This document shows positions 35,023 to 47,854 of a DNA stretch of 64,000 nt, piece by piece. The notes below the pieces were generated by a model. That model ran no database searches. It saw only the letters and a program-made list of their open reading frames with translations, and was not told where the DNA came from. The position numbers were made by a program, and so were the translations under genes. Origin of the DNA: Phyllobates terribilis (taxonomy: Eukaryota); the NCBI RefSeq assembly GCF_046119375.1, contig NW_027362767.1, positions 90,024,001-90,088,000 of the forward strand, in the 5' to 3' direction. How positions within the stretch are numbered: the stretch's first letter is position 1; each line of letters begins with the position of its first letter.

Positions 35023-37212
35023 TATATAAAAAGTAACAACACATACTCACCTTGCTCCTGTTTCCCCGGCGCTCCGCTCTCCGGTGCACTGACTCCACAC
35101 AGCAGACGCGGTGTAGTGATGTCATCGCATCTGTTGTCTCAGTCGCACATGCTGATTGGTGGAAGAAGCAGTCGGCTGCTCCGTCCTCCACCAATGTACT
35201 CACTGCCATCTGCAGTAAAATATACATATAATATACAATATATAAAAAAATTGTAATAATATATTATTATTATTATTATTTTTATGTTTAAAAGGAACAT
35301 AATAGTTCTTGCTTTTTTATCAACCACAGTGATTTGCTATTAATGATGGGTTTATTATTTCTGGGCTGTATTAGACAATCTCAATGATATGGGAAACAAT
35401 CCATATCAACAGTCACTTGGCAACAAATTGTTAGGAAACAACATATGCAAATAAATGTACACTACAATTTTTAGCACTTCAGATAATTCTAATTACTCAG
35501 TTCTGGTAGTAGTTAGGCATAAAAAATAAATTGCTGGTCTGCATCTATCCCACCGAAATGATCTTATGTGCTACCAAAAGGCACAACACTGTTTGAAGGT
35601 CAAAGAATGGTAAGTCAACTGCAGCTCGACCCCAAAACCTGGTCAGTTATAACAATCGCCGGTTGGACAATAAATAGTTAAAAAACAGGGAAAATAAATG
35701 AGATAACCAATGGCACTGCTAATTAATTATGAAACAGAATAAAAGTAATGGGTTTATTCATGATAAAGGCAAGCTACTCATTTCAACACTAGACCGGAAG
35801 AAGGACCAGTGACAGTCATTGGTCCAGTGACATCACGAGTAAGGCCGCTGACAGCACCAGAAACGCGTTGATGTTTATCTGTGGACTAATAATGCATGTA
35901 AAGATGTTTTGATCAGGTACAATTAAAGGTGATGATTTTATAGTGCTGAGCTGGATTTTTTGTACCACATTCTGATAATCATGGTTGGTGGCAGCGATGT
36001 TCATTCCGTCCTCCGGAGGGACTACTGTGGTGAGCTAGCTTTTTTTTTCCCTTTTTACTATTGGTCTAGTGCCAAAACGCATAGTCTGTTTTCATCATGA
36101 ATAAACCTGTTACTTCTATTCTGTCTATCTTCATAAATCAGCAGCGTCATTGGTTACCCCCTTTTTTTCCTACAGTTTTATAAATCGGGTATTGTTATGA
36201 CTGACAGGAATTTTAGGATGAGCTGCAGCTGACTTGCCATTCTTTGACCTTGAAACAGCATTGTGCCTGGTGGTAACACATCCACAGATCATTTCAGTGG
36301 AATAGGCACCAATCAGCAACCCCCATTTTTACCCAATTACTACCATTCTCTACCACACTCTTCAACGGATATGTGGCTAGGAGAGGTCACCCAGAAGCTT
36401 TTCTGGATGTTATACGCCTAGGATAACTGCTTCTCCCATACCTCATTGATCCATACAGTGGTGCCCTATGACGCGCGTTTCTGTTTTCCATATAATTATT
36501 CAGTTCTAGCATTGTCACTCTTTCTACTTGTGCCCCCTTATAATAGTATTTCTATCATTTCCTTTTTAGCCCACTGCAGACCCCACTGAAAGTTCTTGAA
36601 GTAGGCAATTGTTCTCTGAACCAAGTAGACATGGCGTACTTGGCAAACAGCCTTCATGCTGAACATCTGGAGCTCTTGGACCTCAGTGGCCACAATATTA
36701 CAGAACTTTTCCCATCAACCTTCTTCAAACTTCTCCAAAAAGCTTCATCTACTCTAAAGACGTTGGTTTTGGAAGAATGTGATATTGGAGACATGAATAT
36801 CCACGTTATGGAAATGGGATTGGTGAATTGCCTCAAACTCAAAGATTTTAAATTCCTGCACAATCCTCTGACCTCTGTAAGTCTCAGGCGAATATTCAGA
36901 GTTCTTGTCAATTTGCCAATGTTGAAGTATGTTGAGTTTCCAGTCCCAAAAGACTGCTATCCTCCTGATGTCAGCTACCCCCTCGATGAAGTGACTCTTA
37001 CAAAATTCGACAGTCAAAAATTTAATATGGTGAAGGAATCTGTGCAGCGTATCTTGGTTCAGGCAACTCGAGATGATATATCGGCTGTCACCCCTCTTTT
37101 TGGCAGCTATGATCCTGCTATTGAAGAGACCAGCAAGGAACTGGGGGTTGGTTTATTGACTTCATTCAGAGAAGCTCTGCAGAGTTTCACAACGTCACTA
37201 CAAAAATTGTAA
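31737..37212 (+). CDS. LRRC14B: Leucine-rich repeat-containing protein 14B (PRAME/LRRC14 family) or a close paralog, about 515-520 aa
   Basis: Exon 1 is 31737 (or 31752, MKTLRFIGAE) to 32656 (CTCAG|gtacat); exon 2 is 36570-37212 (ttttag|C CCA CTG CAG ACC CCA). The frame is continuous. Motifs AHNLYPLL, LGRWARTE, KLEIVHNVRL, LDLSGHN, FPVPKDCYP and TPLFGS match human LRRC14B as recalled. Confidence 0.9.
32903..33650. repeat. hAT-like non-autonomous element with an internal minisatellite of about 31 bp (33030-33640)
   Basis: Starts CAGGGGTGGGAAA...GAGGGGCCACATG; repeats of CCCCTATATACAGTATGAGCCCC; reverse-strand relative of the array at 61390-63757. Confidence 0.55.
33655..34974. mobile_element. 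Fold-back derivative of the DD38E family (two 5' ends head-to-head)
   Basis: Arms 33655-34142 and 34481-34974 are reverse complements (about 490 bp); the spacer holds only the N-terminal DNA-binding part (ORF 34098-34496); followed by (AT)n. Confidence 0.9.
34975..35018. repeat. (AT)n microsatellite
   Basis: Pure AT run at the TA target of the Tc1 end. Confidence 0.95.
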
Positions 37213-37647
37213 GGATTGGGGTGTGAAAAAAACGGGTATCAAAGGGTAAAGTACGATGTCGGGATTACAACTGACCTCAAGTCTCTCGTCAATCCTCTCA
37301 TTACATGACTGTAGTAAAAATGCTCAAAAGATATACTGTGATCCAGAAAACTAAATAAATGCAAACACTAAAAAAAAATACACAATATAGAGGATAATCA
37401 GGTGTGCCTTCTACAGTAGCCTAAAGCCCACTATAGCTATCGGCCAAAAGATGGTCCAGTTGATAGTTGGGCTGATAGTGTCCTCTCCCGACTCCTCCAC
37501 GCACAGGAGCACTTGGCTCAGCCCCTGTCTTCTCTACGAGGGAGCTGGTGCCAGGCTCCTCTGGAGACAATTGTCTGTGGAGAACGAAAGGATCAGTCCA
37601 AAACAGACATGATGGACCTTTTTTGTGAGTCAGGAGGCCCCCATACA

Positions 37648-38575
37648 GATTAGACTTTCAGCTGATCCCAGTGATTCCCAAGTTCGGCCGACATTAGACT
37701 GTGAGTTGATCCTAGTGATTTCCAAGTTTGGCTGACATTAGACTGTCAGCTGATCCCAGTGATTCCTAAATTTGGCCGACATTAGACTATCAGCTGATCC
37801 CAGTGATTCAAATGTTCAGCCAACATTAGACTTTCAGCTGATCCCATTGATTCTCATGTTCAGCCAACATGAGACTGTCCCTGATCCCAGGGATTCCCGA
37901 GTTCGGCCGACATTAGACTGTCAGCTGATCCCAGGGATTCCCGAGTTCGGCCGATATTAGACTGTCACCTGATCCCAGTGATTCCCAAGTTCGGCTGACA
38001 TTAGACTGTCAGCTGATCCCAGTGATTCCTAAATTTGGCCGACATTATACTGTCAGCTGATCCCAGTGATTCCCGAGTTTGGCCGACATTAGACTATCAA
38101 CTGATTCCAGTGATTCCCAAGTTCATCTGACATTTGACTATCAGCTGATCCCAGTGATTCCCAAGTTCGGGCAACATTAGACTGTCAGCTGATCCCAGAG
38201 ATTTCCAAGTTCATCCGACAATAGACTGTCAGCTGATCCCAGCGATTCCCAAGTTCGTCTGACATTAGACTGTCAGCTGATCCCAGTGATTCCCAAGTTT
38301 GGGCGATATTAGACTGTCAGCTGATCCCAGGGATTCCTGAGTTCGGTCGACATTAGACTATCAGCTGATCCCAGTGATTCCCAAGTTTGTCCGACATTAG
38401 ACTGTCAGCTGATCCCAGCGATTCCCAAGTTTGTCCGACATTAGACTGTCAGCTGATCCCAGAGATTCCCAAGTTTGTCCGACATTAGACTGTCAGCTGA
38501 TCCCAGAGATTCCCAAGTTTGGGCGACATTAGACTGTCAGCTGATCCCAGAGATTCCCAAGTTCGGCCAACATTA
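37648..38575. repeat. 44-bp minisatellite, about 21 copies
   Basis: Unit GACATTAGACTGTCAGCTGATCCCAGTGATTCCCAAGTTCGGCC. Confidence 0.95.
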
Positions 38576-39041
38576 GTGTAATATGCATGAGGATCTTAGA
38601 GGTAGGGTCATATGCAATGTCTGACAATGCCTGAAATAGACCAGTCATACAATTCATGTTGGACAGTGAAGATGTCAGCTCGTTTCTTCCAAGTTCACAA
38701 TAAAATTACCCAAGGAGATCTTCCCGCTGTGTTTTTGGAAACCCTTGAACATAATCATGTGCACCACATTACCAATGCCGGGAGTAATGATCTAATCAGA
38801 GAGTTTCCTGCCAATAAGTTGTAATCAATGAGAATACATAAAGCGCTCCATTATCCTGCTGTGTTGTCACAGGAGAATCTTTACACAGGAGGAAACGTTA
38901 GATGAGGAGTCTCAACAATTCCTTAAAGGGCTTGTCCGGTCTTAAGCTACAAATCTACGTACAGTCACTCTATGTGTCTGCAGACTTGTGAACCCTCACA
39001 TTGTGTGCTGCAGACTTGTAGCCTGAGTCTGTACCACCCCT

Positions 39042-39421
39042 TTAAAGAGAACCTGTCAGCACACTTTATATACAGAAGCAGTGGTGTGGCTGTATAGCTG
39101 CTTGTCCCCCAATAAAAATAAACCTTTTTTTGTAGAGATCTAATGTCTCAGTGATTAAAGATTTAGTTTAGAAACCAAATGCAAATAGTCTAGAAGTGCA
39201 CTTGGGTGTGCCAGTGTATTTGAAGAAGCAGTCCAGGGGTATTGACACTCCCCCATTGCACTACCATCCTAATTTGCATATGACTTCTATGTTAGATTTC
39301 CTATGACTGGCACATGAAATCTCTCTAAAAAAAAAAGGTGTAATTTTTATTGGGGGGACAAGCAACAATATAGCCACACCACTGCTTCCATATATAAAAC
39401 ACGCCGACAGGTTCCCTTTAA
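39042..39421. mobile_element. Palindromic TTAA-flanked MITE; relative near 51040-51362
   Basis: TTAAAGAGAACCTGTCAG ... CGACAGGTTCCCTTTAA with mirrored GTGGTGTGGCT/AGCCACACCAC arms. Confidence 0.7.
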
Positions 39422-39834
39422 AGGGTATGTAAGAAGGTTGTCTGCATAACCTCCTGTCTAAAAATTAGAATGTACTTGTAAGAACAAAGGACTTTCAGAA
39501 AGAAAGCACATAAGATATGCTGGAATACTATAAAACAGAAGACTAGGAAGCACAAGCCTGGCGTCTTCAGAGGGGACCCTCCCTGAGTGGTCTGTACGGG
39601 AAATCTGCTGTGGGATCACATAGGTGCTCGTCTGGTATAGATAACATGGAGATGATTATTATCATTGGCTTCTCTATTTCTCATGTTTCTTCTTAATACA
39701 GATTTCTACATATATGGCATGCGATTCATTACACTGCACATATGAGCACTACCACACCCAGCGTGCTGGAGGGATCACTTTTTTTCCAGGCATTTGACTG
39801 TCATTCAAAAAAAACAAAGCTTTCATCTGTGAAA

Positions 39835-42800
39835 TGCTGAGGTGCCAGATTCTGAGACCTCCGGTGCCTGGTGCTGAGACCTCCGGTGCCTGGTGCTGAG
39901 ACCTGCAGTGCCTGGTGCTGAGACATCCGATGCCAGGTGCTGAGACCTCCGGTGCCAGGTCCCGAGACATTCGTTGCCAGGTGGTCATACCTAAATTGTC
40001 AGGTGCTGAAACATCCGGTGCCAGGTGCTGAGACATCCGATGCCAGGTGCTGAGACCTCCGATGCCTGGTGCTGAGACCTCCGGTGCCTGGTGATGAGAC
40101 CTCCGGTGCCAGGTCCTGAGACTTCCAGTGCCAGGTGCTGAGACATCCGGTGCCAGGTCCTGAGACATCCAGTGCCAGGTGCTCGTACCTAAAGTGTCAG
40201 GTGCTGAAACATCTGGTACCAGGTGCTGAGACATCCAGTGCCAGTTGCTGATACCTCTGGTGAAAGGTGCTGAGACCTCCGGTGCCTGGTGCTGGGACAT
40301 CCGGTGCCAGGTTCCAAGACATCAGGTGCCAGGTGCTCATACCTAAAGTGTCAGGTGCTGAAACATCCGATGCCAGGTGCTGAGACATCCGGTGCCAGTT
40401 GCTGAGACCTCCGGTGCCTGGTGTTGAGACCTCCGGTGCCTGGTGCTGAGACCTCCGGTGCCTGGTGCTAAGATCTCCGGTGCCAGGTCACGAGACATCC
40501 GGTGCCAGATGCTCATACCTAAAGTGTCAGGTGCTGAGACATCTGGTGCCAGGTCTCGAGACATCCAGTGCCAGGTGCTGAGACATACGGTGCCAGGTCC
40601 CGAGACATCCAGTGCCAGTTGTTGAGACATCCGGTGCTAGATCCTGAGACATCTGGTGCCAGGTGCTCATACCTAAAGTGTCAGTTGCTGAAACATCTGG
40701 TACCAGGTGCTGAGACATCCAGTGCCAGTTGCTGAGACCTCTGGTGAAAGGTGCTGAGACCTCCAGTGCCTGGTGCTGAGACATCCGGTGCCAGGTTCCA
40801 AGACATCAGGTGCCAGGTGCTCATACCTAAAGTGTCAGGTGCTGAAACATCCGGTGCCAGGTGCTGAGACATCCGGTGCCTGGTGCTGAGACCTCCGGTG
40901 CCTGGTGCTGAGATCTCCGGTGCCAGGTCCCGAGACATCCGATGCCAGATGCTCATACCTAAAGTGTCAGGTGCTGAGACATCTGGTGCCAGGTGCTGAG
41001 ACATCCGGTGTCAGTTGCTGAGACCTCCGGTGCCTGGTGCTGAGACCTCCGGTGCCAGGTGCTTAGACAGCCGGTGCCAGGTCCCGAGACATTCAGTGCC
41101 AGGTGCTGAGACATACGGTGCCAGGTCCCGAGACATCCAGTGTCAGGTGCTAAGACATCCGGTGCTAGATACTGAGACATCTGGTGCCAGGTGCTCATAC
41201 CTAAAGTGTCAGGTGCTGAGACATCCGGTGCCAGGTGCTGAGACATCCGGTGCCAGTTGCCGAGACCTCCGGTGCCTGGTGCTGAGACCTCCGGAGCCTG
41301 GTGCTGAGACCTCTGATGCCTTGTGCTGAGACCTTCAGTGCCAGGTGCTGAGATATCCGGTGCCTGGTGCTGAGTTCTCCGGTGCCAGGTCCCGAGATAT
41401 CCGGTGCCAGGTGCTCATACCTAAAGTGTCAGTTGCTGAGACATCCGGTGCCAGGTGCTGAGACATCCGGTGCCAGTTGCCGAAACCTCTGGTGCCTGGT
41501 GCTGAGACTTCCGGAGCCTGGTGCTGAGACCTCTGATGCCTTGTGCTGAGACCTCCAGTGCCAGGTGCTGAGACCTCCGGTGCCTGGTGCTGAGACCTCA
41601 GGTGCCTGACGCTGAGACCTCCGGAGCCTGGTGCTGAGACCTCTGATGCCTGGTACTGAGACCTCCGGTGCCAGGTGCTGAGACAGCCGGTGCCAGGTCC
41701 TGAGACATTCAGTGCCAGGTGCTGAGACATCCGGTGGCAGGTCCCGAGACACCCGGTGCCAGGTGCTCATACCTAAAGTGTCAGTTGCTGAAACATCTTG
41801 TACCAGGTGCTGAGACATCCAGTGCCAGTTGCTGAGACCTCTGGTGAAAGGTGCCGAGACCTCCGGTGCCTGGTGCTGAGACATCCGGTGCCAGGTTACA
41901 AGACAGCAGGTGCCAGATGCTCATACCTAAAGTGTCAGGTGCTGAAACATCCGGTGCCAGGTGCTGAGACATCCGGTGCCAGTTGCTGAGACCTCCGGTG
42001 CCTGGTGCTGAGATCTCCGGTGCCAGGTCCCGGGACATCCGGTGCCAGATGCTCATACCTAAAGTGTCAGGTGCTGAGACATCTGGTGCCAGGTGCTGAG
42101 AGACATCCGGTGCCAGTTGCTGAGACCTCTGGTGCCTGGTGCTGAGACCTCCGGTGCCTGGTGCTTAGACAGCCGGTGCCAGGTCCCGAGACATTCAGTG
42201 CCAGGTGATGAGACATACGGTGCCAGGTCCCGAGACATCCAGTGCCAGGTGCTGAGACATCCGGTGCTAGATCCTGAGACATCTGGTGCCAGGTGCTCAT
42301 ACCTAAAGTGTCAGTTGCTGAGACCTCCGGTGCCTGGTGCTGAGACCTCCGGTGCCAGGTGCTTAGACAGCCGGTGACAGGTCCCGAGACATTCAGTGCC
42401 AGGTGCTGAGACATACGGTGCCAGGTCCCGAGACATCCAGTACTAGGTGCTGAGACATCCGGTGCTAGATCCTGAGACATCTGGTGCCAGGTGCTCATAC
42501 CTAAAGTGTCAGTTGCTGAGACATCAGGTGCCAGGTGTTGAGACATCCGGTGCCAGTTGCCGAGACCTCCGGTGCCTGGTGCTGAGACCTCCAGTGCCAG
42601 GTGCTGAGACCTCCGGTGCCTGGTGCTGAGACCTCCGGTGCCTGATGCTGAGACCTCCGGTGCCTGGTACTGAGACCTCCAGCGCCAGGTGCTGAGACAG
42701 GCGGTGCCAGGTCCTGAGACATTCAGTGCCAGGTGCTGAGACATCCGGTGCCAGGTCCCGAGACATCCGGTGCCAGGTGCTCATACGTAAAGTGTCAGGT

Positions 42801-42901
42801 GCTGAGCCATCCGGTGCCAGGTGCTGAGACATCCGGTGCCAGGTGCTCATACCTAAAGTGTCAGGTGCTGAGACATCCGGTGCCAGATGCTGAGACCTCC
42901 A
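39835..42901. repeat. 22-bp satellite, about 139 monomers, with variant units
   Basis: Consensus GTGCTGAGACATCCGGTGCCAG; recurrent 22-bp variant GTGCTCATACCTAAAGTGTCAG. Confidence 0.95.
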
Positions 42902-44771
42902 CCGATCACTGACTGGAAGGGGCAAAAACGCTGAGCTGGGCACTAGGTCCTTTCCGATGTGATATAGGCTCACAAAAGATGCTGATCCCACCGCTCAAGG
43001 GAGATCCCAGCAGAGATGATCACCGGTGGGGCTTGCTATCCTGCACTTTATTGATTGGTGAGAATCTCAGTACCTGGACACTCACCCATTACATGGTCAG
43101 AAGTTTTCTGGAATAATTAGTTGGTTTCATACAGAAGAGGTTTTGTGAAGAAATAAAAAGTATTTGTGGTGTTTTTTTCTGATTTAATGATACATTTTTA
43201 ATGATATAATAAAGAGGTTTTTCAACATTATGTGACATTGGTCCTAAAGGAATGTTATAGAATAAAGAAATAACAATTCCTTACCCCTCGCTGTCTCCAC
43301 CAGACCTGGGGTGATAATATCCTTTCCATCAGTCACCTGACCTGTGCAGCCGATCACTGGCTGCAGTGGTCATGTTCAATACACGCAAATATCGCCGCTA
43401 CAGGTACCCCTAGAGTGGTGGGGGATTCATGGTGTAAGTGTTGATTGTTAGTTCATTTTTATTTATTTTTTCCTGCATTTGACATGCATTTTCTGTTTTT
43501 TTTTTTTTCTATAAAAGTGATAGAAAAAAAGATTGGAAAATTCCTGATGTTTTCACAAGTATTTAAAAACACTAATAAAAAGTAACTAGTCTATAAGTCT
43601 CAATGTGCACAAGTATAATGATAGGATAAGGGATAATTTATTGATCTATTGATCTATGGGGGTCCAACTGCTGGGACGCCACCAATCCTGATTACAGGGC
43701 ACTGCAGAGCCCCGTCTGAATGGACCGGAGGATGAGTATGTTCACTCCATGTCTACAGGACTGCTGGAAATTGACAAGCGCTGTACTCAGTCCCATAGAC
43801 AATGAATGGAGCAGAGGACCGTACACTTGACTTCCCCTCCAATCACACCTGGCCCTTTCCAGGTACTGATAGAGGTCCCAGCTGTTGGGCACCTAGCGAT
43901 CAATAAGTTATCCCCTATCCTAACTTGTGTATTTGGTACAACCAAAATGTTTAAAATGTTACAAAAAATGCCTGTTTTATTATGATAATGATGATAGATA
44001 GAAAGAAAGAAAGAGATTTTACGGCTCCAAAGTTTGGGTCCCTATTGATTTCTATGGCGTTCGGGATCAAGTTTGGGTACAGTTCCAGTACCACCCGAAC
44101 CGAACTTTGGACTAAATTTTGGCCGAACCCGAACTTCCACGGTTCCGCTCATCCTAGTAAAATCCCATTCACTACAAAGTAACTTGTGACATCATCAGTA
44201 AATGACCTCAGGGACCAAAATCCAGAAAAGGTGGGAAAAAGCCTATAAATATCTGACACTGACTGCATAGTAATCTTAGTAATGAGTGACATCTGATGGT
44301 GACATGTGGAATTGCACAAGAACAATGAATCGTTATATTTTTTCCTCCAGCAGGGGGCAGTGACACTCTCTGTAGCCTTTACATCTCCAATCGGATACAG
44401 ACCCTTTCAGGACCAGTTTCTTCCATCATTTCTTGAATATTTACATTTGTAAGATTTTATTTTCTCATTTTTCACACCATGCAAAAAATACAAATTTTAT
44501 ATTTAAAATTTTATAAATTTTAATAAATGTAATAAATAAAATAAAATAATAAAATAATAAATAAAATAAAATAATAAATATAATAAAAAATTTTATAAAA
44601 ATACAATAGAATTTTATATTAGTCTAAAAAGTCTGTGTCACGCTGTGTTGTCCAGGCTGCTCTACACTGGTATTCACAGGCGCGGTCCCACTACTGATCG
44701 GCACGGGGGTTTTGACTTGCTCCGTTTCCGACCTGGGCCGGTTCACCCCTCCTTAGGACAACCTGGTAGCT

Positions 44772-44938
44772 NNNNNNNNNNNNNNNNNNNNNNNNNNNNN
44801 NNNNNNNNNNNNNNNNNNNNNNNNNNNNNNNNNNNNNNNNNNNNNNNNNNNNNNNNNNNNNNNNNNNNNNNNNNNNNNNNNNNNNNNNNNNNNNNNNNNN
44901 NNNNNNNNNNNNNNNNNNNNNNNNNNNNNNNNNNNNNN
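44772..44938. other. Assembly gap (167 N)
   Basis: Run of N. Confidence 1.
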
Positions 44939-45447
44939 TGCTATCACTGACTTGAGGCTGTAGGAGCAGTGACGTCATCGGGAACCACAGCGCCATCTAG
45001 TGTCTGTTCCGTAGTGTAAATCTTTCACTCCTTCCACCACTAGCTAGCGTCAATTGGAGAACATTGGACACAGGGGCTGCTCTTCAGCGCCACCTAATGC
45101 TCACTCTAGTGTCCTGACATCCAGGTAATTCCAATCACACTTCTTCCGCCTCTTCTATCTGTGGGGAGCGATGCCGCACCTGGACCTGACTGGACTAATA
45201 ATAAGTCTGTGCTGTCTAGTACTCTGACAGACACCAGGTCCGGGCTGAGAGACTCTATTATGTGTGTGGGGGGGTGGGGGGGAGAGCTGATTGGACGAGG
45301 GTCAGTCTGAACTTGTGACTGACAGCAGCTCCTCCAATCAAAACTCTCAGTCACTAACCACAGCCCCAGAAAGTGGGAGGAGTCTGTGTTATTGGAAAGA
45401 AACTAGTGCGGACAAGTAAGAGGTGCTGAGTCCGGAGCAACAGCCAA

Positions 45448-47655
45448 GGAGGTGTGATGTCAGAGGGAGTGTGCATGCGTGTGGCCAGGGAGGTGTGATG
45501 TCAGAGGGAGTGTGTGCATGCGTGTGGCCAGGGAGGTGTGATGTCAGAGGGAGTGTGTGCATGCGTGTGGCCAGGGAGGTGTGATGTCAGAGGAAGTGTG
45601 TGCATGCGTGTGGCCAGGGAGGTGTGATGTCAGAGGGAGTGTGTGCGTGCGTGTGGCCAGGGAGGTGTGATGTCAGAGGGAGTGTGTGCATGCGTGTGGT
45701 CAGGGAGGTGTGATGTCAGAGGAAGTGTGTGCATGCGTGTGGCCAGGGAGGTGTGATGTCAGAGGGAGTGTGTGCGTGCGTGTGGCCAGGGAGGTGTGAT
45801 GTCAGAGGGAGTGTGTGCGTGCGTGTGCCCAGGGAGGTGTGATGTCAGAGGGAGTGTGTGCGTGCGTGTGGCCAGGGAGGTGTGATGTCAGAGGGAGTGT
45901 GTGCGTGCGTGTGGCCAGGGAGGTGTGATGTCGGAGGAAGTGTGTGCATGCGTGTGGCCAGGGAGGTGTGATGTCAGAGGGAGTGTGTGCATGCGTGTGG
46001 CCAGGGAGGTGTGATGTCAGAGGGAGTGTGTGCGTGCGTGTGCCCAGGGAGGTGTGATGTCAGAGGGAGTGTGTGCGTGCGTGTGGCCAGGGAGGTGTGA
46101 TGTCAGAGGGAGTGTGTGCATGCGTGTGGCCAGGGAGGTGTGATGTCAGAGGGAGTTTGTGCATGCGTGTGGCCAGGGAGGTGTGATGTCAGAGGGAGTG
46201 TGTGCATGCGTGTGGCCAGGGAGGTGTGATGTCAGAGGGAGTGTGTGCATGCGTTTGGCCAGGGAGGTGTGATGTCAGAGGGAGTGTGTGCATGCGTGTG
46301 GCCAGGGAGGTGTGATGTCAGAGGGAGTGTGCATGCGTGTGGCCAGGGAGGTGTGATGTCAGAGGGAGTGTGTGCATGCGTGTGGCCAGGGAGGTGTGAT
46401 GTCAGAGGGAGTGTGTGCATGCGTGTGGCCAGGGAGGTGTGATGTCAGAGGGAGTTTGTGCATGCGTGTGGCCAGGGAGGTGTGATGTCAGAGGGAGTGT
46501 GTGCATGCGTGTGGCCAGGGAGGTGTGATGTCAGAGGGAGTGTGTGCATGCGTGTGGCCAGGGAGGCGTGATGTCAGGCTATGTGCCCACGATGCAGAAA
46601 TGCTGCATATTTTTTCCGCTTCTCCCTGGCAGGAAAAACGCATGCGGATTTTACATGCGTTTTTCCCGCCAGGTAGAAGCGTTTGTGAAGCGTCTTTGCA
46701 TGCATTTCTGCATGCGGGTTATCAAACGCTTTTCCAAGAGATTTTAGCATCACTTGGAAAAGTGCTTGACAACTTGTTCACACTATATAAATCCATACAA
46801 TCGGCATATATAGTGTGACCAAGTAATAGTTAAAAAAAAAAGAATAAGAATGGTAAAAAATAAAAAAAATAGATTATACTCACCTTCCGATGTCCTCCCG
46901 GTGTTTTCTCCGCTGCATCCGGTGTCTTGGGCGGCTCCCGGTGACTGGTCACATGACTCAATGACGTCATGGCAGGTGCTTCACAACACCGCGACCCATA
47001 CAGCAGATCAGACGGAGGGGAGAATACACCGGGAGGACATCGGAAGGTAAGTATAATCTTAATTTTTTATTTTAAATTCTTGATTTAACAGGTTCTATGG
47101 TACCTGGGTCTGGAGAAGAGTCTCCTCTTCTCCAAATCCGGGTACCATCCGCACATTGAACCGTGTGATATCCGCTTGTGCAGATGCAGTGAGGCGGATG
47201 TCACGCGGTCCAATGCAAGTCAATGGCGGCGATTACGCTGCATGTCCGCAAAATTAATGGACATTCTGCGTATTTTTCCGCAATGATAAGCCACAGCGGA
47301 AATTTCCACAGTATGTGCACAGCACATGCGGATTATCATTGGGGACCATGGGGCACGTATTACCAAGCGTTTTTTAAGCGTTTTCACTGCGGAAATTCTG
47401 CGGCAAAAACGCTTGAAAAACGCATAGTGGGCACGCAGCCTCAGAAGGTGTGTGTGCGTGTGGCCAGGGAGGTGTGATGTCAGAGGGAGTGTGTGCGTGC
47501 CTGTGGCCAGGGAGGTGTGATGTCAGAGGGAGTGTGTGCGTGTGGTCCGGGAGGTGTGATGTCAGAAGGAGTGTGTGCATGCCTGTGGCCAGGGAGGTGT
47601 GATGTCAGAGGGAGTGTGTGTGTGCGTGTGGCCAGGGAGGTGTGATGTCAGAGGG
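45448..47655. repeat. 43-bp minisatellite (about 26 + 5 copies) interrupted by a MITE
   Basis: Unit GAGGGAGTGTGTGCATGCGTGTGGCCAGGGAGGTGTGATGTCA. Confidence 0.95.
46577..47440. mobile_element. PIF/Harbinger-like MITE, 864 bp, 3-bp TSD TCA
   Basis: TCA at 46574-76 and 47441-43; TIR GGCTATGTGCCCACGATGC / GCATAGTGGGCACGCAGCC; the satellite phase resumes after it. Confidence 0.85.
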
Positions 47656-47854
47656 TGTGTGTGTGTATAAAATTGTGTGTCTAATTGTGTGCTCCTATGT
47701 GTGTGTAATTGTGTGCTCCTATATGTGTATATGTAATTGTGTGCTGCTATATGTGTGCATGTAGTTGTGTGCTCCTGTGTGTATAATTGTGTAACTCCTA
47801 TATATGTGTATGTAATTGTGTGCTCCTGTGTGGGTGTGTGTGTGTGTGTGTAAG

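Noticed and set aside
39749-42991. Many repetitive ORFs (MSQHLAPDVSAP...)
   Set aside because: Stop-poor 22-bp satellite read in shifting frames; no splice or promoter context.
44460-44630. Extremely AT-rich tract
   Set aside because: Low-complexity (AAAT/AAT)n with no further structure.
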